From an uncultured delta proteobacterium (GTDB lineage Bacteria; Myxococcota; Kuafuiibacteriia; Kuafuiibacteriales; Kuafuiibacteriaceae): a stretch of DNA of 64,000 bases. Below the pieces are notes generated by a model. That model had not been told where the DNA came from, did no database searches, and saw only the letters and a program-made list of their open reading frames with translations. Location of the stretch: NCBI GenBank assembly GCA_963803435.1, contig CAWDML010000003.1, positions 992,001 through 1,056,000 of the forward strand, in the 5' to 3' direction. Positions 56,896-64,000 of this stretch are shown piece after piece. A program made the translations under genes and the position numbers. The number at the start of each line of letters is the position of its first letter. The first letter of the stretch is position 1.

Positions 56896-58248
56896 CTACA
56901 GACCTGCGAGCGGTCCCGTCGGAAGACCGGCCGGCCCAAACGAGGTGTCGGGGAAGCCGAAGGCGTTGAGCACCGATGTGTAGAGCTGCATCGTGTCGTG
57001 CTGGCTCACGGTGTCGTAGTTATTGGCAGGGTGATTGATGAAACGACCCGTGGGTACGCCGGGGTTACCGGCCAGGAGGATCGCAAGGTTGTTGCGGTTA
57101 TGGACCGAGCCGTCGCCGAAGTCGCTCAACCAGAGAACATAGGTCGAGTCGAGCAGGGTCCCGTTGTCGTCGGTGACCGCCGCCAGACGATCGAGCAGCA
57201 TACGGAACATCTCGGTATAGAACCGGAATCCTACCTGCAGGGCGGCTTCGCTCTGCCCCTGGTGAACCATCGTGTGCCAGGTGTCATAGCCGGGCTGGAG
57301 GATCGGCCCGCCGTTGTAGCTCAACCATGGGAACCGGGGATCCTGCCCGGTGCCGAAGTAGACCGTCCCGACGTGGGTGCGCCCGCACGCGAACGCCATG
57401 GTCATGAGCTCGATCATGAGGGGCGCGGTGACGTTGTCGTCGACCGGGAAGTTGTAGCCCGCCGGCGGATCGATCACGGGCAGCGCGCAAGCGTTGCTGA
57501 CCGGGGCCTGGGTCAGCCGGTGCTCGAGGCTGCGCACCTTCTCGGCATGGGCGTCGAGGCGCTCGCGGTCCTCGGCGCCGACATGGCTGCGGAGGCTGTC
57601 GAAGCTCCCCTTCACGGCGTCGAGCACGCTCTGGCGCCGCATCCGGAGCCGGGCCAGCGCCGGGTCCTCCATCCCGTCGGGCGCGAACCCGCCGAAGACG
57701 CGATCGAACGCCACGCGCGGGTCGGCCAGGCTGGTCACCGGATCGTTGGCGCCGTAGTGGAAGATGCCGCTCCGGATGGTGTTACCCACGGTGCCGTCCA
57801 TCCCCACCGCCAGGTTGATCGAAGAGAACGGGACGTCGCCTCCGAGACGATTGGCGAGCTCCTGATCGAGCGAGATCCAATCCGACAGCCCCTGCCAGGG
57901 CTCGGCGTTGCCATAGCCGCCGCCGGTCATGAGGTTGTTGCGGGCCTTGTTGTGATCGTCGCCCGTGGTGAGACGGTGCGCGGCTCCGTTGCCCACGCCG
58001 TGGACCACGATGACGCGATCCTTCACCTCGTTGAGCGGCTCGAGCAGGTAGGGCAGGGTGAAGTCGGTCTCGCTGCCCGAGGGCCGCCAGCTCCGCATCA
58101 CCGTCCCCTGGTGATGGAAGAAGACGAGCAGGCGTTTCGGTGTCCGCGTCTGGGCGAACGCCTTCGCCGGACGCATGACGTCGAGGAACGGCAGCGCCAG
58201 CGTCGCGCCTCCGATCCCGCGAAGGAGGGTCCTGCGGGTGATCTTCAC
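56896..58248 (-). CDS. DUF1552-domain Tat-exported protein
   Basis: TRRTLLRG...LALPFLD; SLDQELA; DPRVAFDRVF; SVLD.V; LDAH..VRSLE; TLLDST. Confidence 0.88.
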   Translation of the reverse strand: MKITRRTLLRGIGGATLALPFLDVMRPAKAFAQTRTPKRLLVFFHHQGTVMRSWRPSGSETDFTLPYLLEPLNEVKDRVIVVHGVGNGAAHRLTTGDDHNKARNNLMTGGGYGNAEPWQGLSDWISLDQELANRLGGDVPFSSINLAVGMDGTVGNTIRSGIFHYGANDPVTSLADPRVAFDRVFGGFAPDGMEDPALARLRMRRQSVLDAVKGSFDSLRSHVGAEDRERLDAHAEKVRSLEHRLTQAPVSNACALPVIDPPAGYNFPVDDNVTAPLMIELMTMAFACGRTHVGTVYFGTGQDPRFPWLSYNGGPILQPGYDTWHTMVHQGQSEAALQVGFRFYTEMFRMLLDRLAAVTDDNGTLLDSTYVLWLSDFGDGSVHNRNNLAILLAGNPGVPTGRFINHPANNYDTVSQHDTMQLYTSVLNAFGFPDTSFGPAGLPTGPLAGL

Positions 58249-60233
58249 TGAGCGGTCCTCCGGTAGCGGAACGCGTCGCTCTCGACGATCCCGAGCATCA
58301 GATCCTGAACGTTGCCTCCGTTGCCGGTGAAGCGCTGCTGCACGCGCGAGAGGCTGCAGTCACCTTCGGTCTCCACGCGGCCGATCGCGTAGCGGTACCA
58401 CTGCGCAGCGTAGCAGTCGCGGACGACCGAGGACTCCACCAGCCGGTCCGTGAGGTCGAGGGCGTCCTCGAACTCGATCGACAGATCCTGGTACGCGCCG
58501 TAGGTGTCGATGTCTCGGCCGTTGGCGTAGACGTCGCGGAACTGGCCGATGCCGTCGTAGCGCTCGAACGCGAAGCCCAGCGGATCGATCTTGTCGTGAC
58601 AGGCGGCGCAGGCCGCCTCCTGGCGGTGCATCGCGAAGCGTTCGCGGATGGTGGAGCCGTCGATCTGCGGGATCTCGCCGGCCACCAGGCCCGGCGGGAT
58701 CACCAGGTCCTGACACAGCATGTTGCGGATGACGAAGACGCCGCGCGCGATCGGCGCAGAGGAGGCGTCGTGCGCGTGCTTGGTGAGAAAGGCGGCGCGC
58801 GTGAGCAGGCCGGAGCGCTCGTCGTTCGGCAGCGTGACCTCGCGGAAGTCCCCCGGTCCGCTCGAGCCGGAGTCGACGCCGTAGATCGGATCGAGCAGCG
58901 TGTCGCTGAACGACGTCCGCGTGGTCAGCAGATCGGTGAGGTTGCCGTTCTTGGTGAACACGACGTCGGCCACCACCCGATCGATCTCCTGAACCATGGA
59001 GCGCGCGAGCGCGGGCGAATAGGTGGGATAGACCGACGCGTCCTTCTGGAGCTCGTCGAGCGCGAAGAGCCGCAGCCAGTCGCGGTGGAAGGCGGCCACC
59101 ACCTCCTTGGCCCGTGGGTCGGCGATCATGCGCTCGGCCTGGCCAGCCAGGACGTCCGGATCGGTGAGGCTGCCGTCGGCCGCGAGCGCGAAGAGGGCCT
59201 CGTCCGGCATGGTGTTCCAGAAGAAGTAGGAGAGCCGCTGCGCCACGGCGTAGGCGTCGACCGCCTCCACGCCCTCGCCGGCCGGGGTGCCGTCGAGGTC
59301 GTCGATGTAGAGGAACTGCGGAGACTGGAGGGCCGTCTCGATGATCATGCCGACCTTCTCGGGCAGGTCGAAGTCCGGCAGCTGATAGATCGACATGAGG
59401 ATCGCCCGCTCTTCGTCGCGGAGCGGGTGGCGATACGCGTGGAGCCCGAACCGATCGACGAAGGCAGCCACGCACTCCGCCTCGCTCTGCCCGGTGGCGC
59501 ACTCGAGCAGCCCGCCCAGATCCTGCGTGGCCTGGGCGGAGATCGACTCGGCGGACAGCAGGATGTCCTCGGCCTTCGACTCGGACACGATGTTCGCGTT
59601 GATGAACGTGGTGAAGCCGGCGGTGATGAGCGTCTCGGGGAAGAGCCCGGCGGGATCGACGCGGCCGGCGAACAGATCCCGGACCGTGTTCTCGTACTGG
59701 ATGGAGGTCAGCGGGCGGAGCGGGCTCTCGCCGGGGTGCGGACCCGGAGTGGTGCACTCGTTCGGGGCCTCGCCGACGTAGCACTCTTCGGGGTGGTCGA
59801 ACCGGAAGACCAGCTCTTGCATCTCTTGAAACCGGTCGTCCTCCACCGGGAAGCGCCGCCCGCCGCCGTGGGAGACGGACAGCGTCGGCTTGAGCAGGAT
59901 GATCGACATGCCGTCGACCGCGTTCTCGGCCACCGACTTCAGGGTCTCGTAGTTGTGCGCCAGGTAGTCGGGCTGATCGGGCAGCTCGAGGATCAGCCGC
60001 GTCTGCCCGGCGAAGCCGCCCATGTGGTGGCAGTTCATGCAGTCGGGCTCCAGGATCTGCGCCGAGATCACGTCGCGGAAGAAGTCCTGGTTCGTGGGAC
60101 AGGGGCGATCCGTGGCGTCGATGGGGCCCGTGATCCGCTCGGCGACCCAGCAGCCTGTGAGCGAGATCAGGAGCAGCGAAACGGCGCGCCTCAAACTGCG
60201 CGGATGGTATCGCCTCCCCTCTTCGAGAACCAA
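58245..60233 (-). CDS. DUF1592/DUF1588-type c-type heme lipoprotein
   Basis: CMNCH; LRPLT..QYENTVRDLF; LQSPQFLY; RLSYFFW...PD; SAPIARG; CAACH..IDPLGFAFE. Confidence 0.88.
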   Translation of the reverse strand: MVLEEGRRYHPRSLRRAVSLLLISLTGCWVAERITGPIDATDRPCPTNQDFFRDVISAQILEPDCMNCHHMGGFAGQTRLILELPDQPDYLAHNYETLKSVAENAVDGMSIILLKPTLSVSHGGGRRFPVEDDRFQEMQELVFRFDHPEECYVGEAPNECTTPGPHPGESPLRPLTSIQYENTVRDLFAGRVDPAGLFPETLITAGFTTFINANIVSESKAEDILLSAESISAQATQDLGGLLECATGQSEAECVAAFVDRFGLHAYRHPLRDEERAILMSIYQLPDFDLPEKVGMIIETALQSPQFLYIDDLDGTPAGEGVEAVDAYAVAQRLSYFFWNTMPDEALFALAADGSLTDPDVLAGQAERMIADPRAKEVVAAFHRDWLRLFALDELQKDASVYPTYSPALARSMVQEIDRVVADVVFTKNGNLTDLLTTRTSFSDTLLDPIYGVDSGSSGPGDFREVTLPNDERSGLLTRAAFLTKHAHDASSAPIARGVFVIRNMLCQDLVIPPGLVAGEIPQIDGSTIRERFAMHRQEAACAACHDKIDPLGFAFERYDGIGQFRDVYANGRDIDTYGAYQDLSIEFEDALDLTDRLVESSVVRDCYAAQWYRYAIGRVETEGDCSLSRVQQRFTGNGGNVQDLMLGIVESDAFRYRRTAQ

Positions 60234-60304
60234 CGTTCCAAAACCCGTGTGGGGAACGGGCGGGCGTGGGTCGGAGTGACGACGGTCGAGTAACCGATGA
60301 GGCG

Positions 60305-61645
60305 CTACGCGAGGGCCTCGCCCGGCGTGAACAGCGCGCTGTGGAGGCTCCTGACGGCCTTACCGATCTCGGCGTCGTCGATCAGGAGCCCGATGTTGAT
60401 GTTGTTGGCGCCGTGGGAAACCATCTCGACGTTCACGCCGGCGTCGCGAAGCGCCCCAAAGACGCGCGCTCCGAGGCCGGTCTGGTGTTTCACATTGCGA
60501 CCGACGATCGAGACGATCGTCTTGTCCCGCGCCACCGTGACCCGCCCGTGCTGCGACAGCGCGTCCTGCAGCTCCTGAAGATCCGTGAGCATGGGCGTCG
60601 TCATGGACACCGAGATGTGTGAGGTCGAGATCATGTCGACGTCGATCCGGAGGCGTCCCATGATCTCGAAGACGCGGGCCAGGAACCCGTGCTGGCCGAG
60701 CATCGTCGGATTCTCGATGGTGATCACCCACTGCCGCTCCTTGTAGGCGATCGAGGTGATCGGATCGGTGGCCTCACCGCCGTCCACCGTGATCACCGTG
60801 CCCGGGTGATGGGGGCGGTTGGTGTTGAGGACACGGACCGGCACGTTCCTCTCGACGGCGGGCAAGAGCGTGCTGGGGTGGAGGACGCGGCCGCCGTACT
60901 GCGCCAGCTCGCTGGCCTCGGCGAAGCTCATCCGCGGGATGCTGCGGGCGCTCGGGATCAAGCTCGGATCCGCGGTCATCACGCCGTCGGTGTCGGTCCA
61001 GATCTCGCACTCCTCGGCGCCGAGGGCCGCGGCGAACACGGTGGCGGTGTAGTCGCTGCCGTTGCGACCGACCGTGGTGATCTCGCCGCTGTGCGTCTTG
61101 CCGATGAACCCCGTGACGATCGGGACCATACCCGCCCCCACCTTCTCCTGGTACGCGGTGCGCATCAGCTGCTCGTGACCCTTGATCGGTCGCGCCTGGC
61201 CGAAGGTCTCCCCGGTGATGAAGCCCAGCTCGAACGCATCGAAGGCCCGAGCCGCCATGCCCTGCGCAGAGAAGAAGGCGGCGATCACCCGTGTGCTGAG
61301 GCGCTCACCGAAGCTCTGCACGAAGTCGAGGACGCGAGGGCTGACCTCCCGGACCAACGAGATGCCGCGCAGGACGTCCTCGAGCTCCCGGTAGAAGCCG
61401 TCGAGCATCGTCGGGTCGACACCGAGGGTCTCGACGACCCGGCGCTGGCGATCGATGATCGGTGCGGCATCCGGATCGCCCTTGGCGGCGCGGCGGGCGG
61501 CGCCGATCAACAGATCGGTCACGCCTTTGTGGGCGGAGCACACGACCAGCGGCCTTCGGGAGGCGCGCCCCTTCACGATCTCGAAGACCTTTTGGATCTG
61601 CTCTGCGTCCGCGACGCTCGAGCCGCCAAACTTCATGACCAGCAT
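60305..61645 (-). CDS. lysC: Aspartate kinase
   Basis: [38 protein letters not shown], and two ACT domains. Confidence 0.93.
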   Translation of the reverse strand: MLVMKFGGSSVADAEQIQKVFEIVKGRASRRPLVVCSAHKGVTDLLIGAARRAAKGDPDAAPIIDRQRRVVETLGVDPTMLDGFYRELEDVLRGISLVREVSPRVLDFVQSFGERLSTRVIAAFFSAQGMAARAFDAFELGFITGETFGQARPIKGHEQLMRTAYQEKVGAGMVPIVTGFIGKTHSGEITTVGRNGSDYTATVFAAALGAEECEIWTDTDGVMTADPSLIPSARSIPRMSFAEASELAQYGGRVLHPSTLLPAVERNVPVRVLNTNRPHHPGTVITVDGGEATDPITSIAYKERQWVITIENPTMLGQHGFLARVFEIMGRLRIDVDMISTSHISVSMTTPMLTDLQELQDALSQHGRVTVARDKTIVSIVGRNVKHQTGLGARVFGALRDAGVNVEMVSHGANNINIGLLIDDAEIGKAVRSLHSALFTPGEALA

Positions 61646-61693
61646 GGCCCGGACTAGCAATGCCGCGATGCCGTGCGTCAAGACGGTGCTGGC

Positions 61694-63523
61694 ATGATCG
61701 TGCCCGACTACGGCAGTATCCGGGTCACCCTGGCGAAGAAGGACGACCAGCCGCCGAAGCGCCGGCGGACCACGCAGCCCGGGCACGTGGACATCCTGCT
61801 GCCCGAGCAGCAGCGGGTGAGCCCCGGCGAGGTCGCGCGGCCGGAGCCGGTCCCTGCGCTCTCGGAGTCGGACGAGCGGATCCGACGCCTGCCCCCGAAT
61901 CTGGGGACCCTCGGCCGCGGTCGGATCTTCGTCCAGAGGCCGCCCGGAGCCGTGGATCCCGCGGCCACGCCCGCGCCTCCCGCCGTGGTGGCGCCCGTAC
62001 CTCGGCGGCGCTGGCCCTGGCTCCTGCTCGCGCTCCTCGTGTTCGTTGCCGGCGCTGCCGGCGGGGTGTTCCGCGATCGGATCTTCCCGCCGGAGAAGCC
62101 AAAGCCCGTGCACGTCGCGCCCGTCCAGGAGGTCGCGCGGACGCCGCTGGCGCAGATTCCTCCGGCGGCCACGTTCTTCAACTCGGGCCCGTTCGACGAG
62201 CAACGCCTCGGCGACGCCTTCTTCGCGCCGGACGGCCGCCGCTACGCGTTCCTCTTCCGCGAGGGGGGCGAGTACGGCTTCGCCGGCGCCGGACGGGAGA
62301 AGACGCCCAACATGCTCGATCTGAACGGGCGGCGCATTCACCTCGGGATTGCGGTCGCGCAGGAGGCGAGCGCCCGTCGCGCCGGCTACTTCCCGGCGAC
62401 GGACCGCTTCTGGTACCTCGCCCGCACGGGCGACGGCCAGCGGCTGATCCTCGAGGACGATCAGAGCGAGGTCTTCGACACCATCGGCGCGCCCATCGAG
62501 GCGCTGCACGACAAGGAGATTGGCTACACCGGCAAGCGCGGCGACCACTGGTTCGTGATCGTCGGCGACTGGACCAGCGCCCCGTACGACGCGCCGATCC
62601 GCGGGCCCTGGTTCAGCCCGAACGGGGACGGCTTCGCGTTCCTGGTGGGCGGCGACGGCGAGCGCCTGCGGCGCGGACAACGGCAGGTCGTGATCTGCGA
62701 CCTCGCCACCAAGGCCTGCGACAAGCGCCCGAACAACCCCGCCCGTGCGATCGAGGAGTTCCTTCAGGTCGGCAACGAGGACGAGCTCTTCTTCGCCCTC
62801 GATTGGTATGGGCGCGAGTCGACCGGCGACGCCAACGAGGACCTGGAGAAGATGGCGATCTCCAAGCGGGGCGGCCGGTGGCAATATGCGGTCATCACGA
62901 GGGCGAGCGCCAGCCTGGTCGACGTTCCGCTCGGCGAGCAGGCCGTCGATCTGGGGGAGCTCGCCGAACGATCCGGGATCGATCGCCCCTGGGTGGACCG
63001 CATCGTCGTCAGCCCCGACGGTCAGAGCATCGCGATGGTGGTGGCCGGCCGCAATTACGTCGCCGGGGACGGCATCATGCTCCACCGGACCAAGGACGGT
63101 CAGGTGGAGACCGTGCCGGAGTACGTGCGCTGCAAGTTCGCTTCGCGACCGTTCGCCCGCCGCGACTGGCTGGTGATGAGCAAGGACGAATCGAAGATCG
63201 CCTACTGCACGCTCGAGCCCGCGGTCGGTGAGCGCGTGGTGATCAATGAGCACAAGCTGAAGCCGTACACGTTCGTGATGAGCCGGCCCGTCTTCTCCCC
63301 GGACGGGCAGACCGTCGCTTACTTCGCGATCCAGGAGCGCAAGTGGTACCTCGTGGCAGGCCTCCGGGAGGAGGGCCCCTACGACGAGCTCTTCGGCGAG
63401 CCCCACTTCAGCGCGGACGGCAACCACATCTGGTACGGCGCTCGGCGTGGCCGCACGATCTACTTCGTGAAGCTCTCATTGAAACCGCTCGCGCAACCCG
63501 CGGACGCGACCGTGGATCTCTGA
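61694..63523 (+). CDS. Membrane-anchored beta-propeller-like hypothetical protein
   Basis: Pro-rich N-terminus, TM helix (RRWPWLLLALL), repeated FSPDG-type blades. Confidence 0.65.
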   Translation: MIVPDYGSIRVTLAKKDDQPPKRRRTTQPGHVDILLPEQQRVSPGEVARPEPVPALSESDERIRRLPPNLGTLGRGRIFVQRPPGAVDPAATPAPPAVVAPVPRRRWPWLLLALLVFVAGAAGGVFRDRIFPPEKPKPVHVAPVQEVARTPLAQIPPAATFFNSGPFDEQRLGDAFFAPDGRRYAFLFREGGEYGFAGAGREKTPNMLDLNGRRIHLGIAVAQEASARRAGYFPATDRFWYLARTGDGQRLILEDDQSEVFDTIGAPIEALHDKEIGYTGKRGDHWFVIVGDWTSAPYDAPIRGPWFSPNGDGFAFLVGGDGERLRRGQRQVVICDLATKACDKRPNNPARAIEEFLQVGNEDELFFALDWYGRESTGDANEDLEKMAISKRGGRWQYAVITRASASLVDVPLGEQAVDLGELAERSGIDRPWVDRIVVSPDGQSIAMVVAGRNYVAGDGIMLHRTKDGQVETVPEYVRCKFASRPFARRDWLVMSKDESKIAYCTLEPAVGERVVINEHKLKPYTFVMSRPVFSPDGQTVAYFAIQERKWYLVAGLREEGPYDELFGEPHFSADGNHIWYGARRGRTIYFVKLSLKPLAQPADATVDL

Positions 63524-63538
63524 CAGGCCCGTCGATCG

Positions 63539-64000
63539 ATGCTCTTCAACTCGGTCCCGTTCCTGATCTTCTTCCCGATCGTCGTCGCGGCCTACTTCAT
63601 CGTCCCGTTTCGCGCGCGATGGCTCCTGCTCCTCGCGGCCTCCTACTACTTCTACATGCAGTGGGAGCCGAGCTACGCGATCCTGATCGTGATCTCGACC
63701 AGCCTCGACTACCTGGCGACGATGATGATGAGGAACAAGGCGTCGAAGGCCGAGCGTCGCCCCTGGCTGTTCGTCAGCCTGGCCGGCAACCTGGGGATGC
63801 TCTTCTTCTTCAAGTACTACAACTGGTTCAACCAGAACCTGATCGACGTGACCGGGCACGATCTCCTGCCCTTCTCGAACCTCCTCCTGCCAGTGGGGAT
63901 CAGCTTCTACACGTTCCAGTCTCTCAGCTACACCATCGACGTCTACCGCGGGCGCCTCGAGGCGGAGACGCACCCCGGCGTGTTCGCGCTCTACGTCGCG
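63539..64000 (+). CDS. MBOAT O-acyltransferase (AlgI/DltB-like), partial
   Basis: Not in the ORF track. MLFNSVPFLIFF...LLAASYYFY...NLGMLFFFKYY...LPVGISFYTFQSLSYTIDVYRG; runs off the window. Confidence 0.92.
   Translation, partial: MLFNSVPFLIFFPIVVAAYFIVPFRARWLLLLAASYYFYMQWEPSYAILIVISTSLDYLATMMMRNKASKAERRPWLFVSLAGNLGMLFFFKYYNWFNQNLIDVTGHDLLPFSNLLLPVGISFYTFQSLSYTIDVYRGRLEAETHPGVFALYVA

Overview
High-GC (~70% by eye) bacterial chromosomal DNA, most likely Myxococcota: it has PEGA proteins, a Hanks kinase, Cys-rich lipoproteins, a MYXO-CTERM-like tail, a zinc-ribbon/TPR protein and a DUF1552/DUF1592 pair. Housekeeping content includes kdsD/kpsF, rpmG, modABC with its regulator, ltaE, thiS-thiG-thiE, pspA, aspartate kinase, tRNA-Thr(CGT) and tRNA-Arg(ACG). 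Most notable are: (1) a standalone Gly/Met/Gln-rich protein behind a sigma54-type promoter, with a T3SS filament (Bsp22/needle-like) C-terminus; (2) an IS1182-like element with long hexamer-repeat inverted ends that carries a hidden, divergent four-helix-bundle gene remnant; (3) two tandem lipoproteins fusing two c-type heme modules to two lactonase propellers; (4) an ACP/adenylating enzyme/UbiD operon near a flippase and an MBOAT gene; (5) tectonic-like Cys repeats in a surface protein; (6) three gene-breaking lesions that each map to a GATC site; and (7) a sharp local C-rich to G/T-rich codon switch near 27.4 kb. All family calls come from motifs recognised by eye; no database searches were run.
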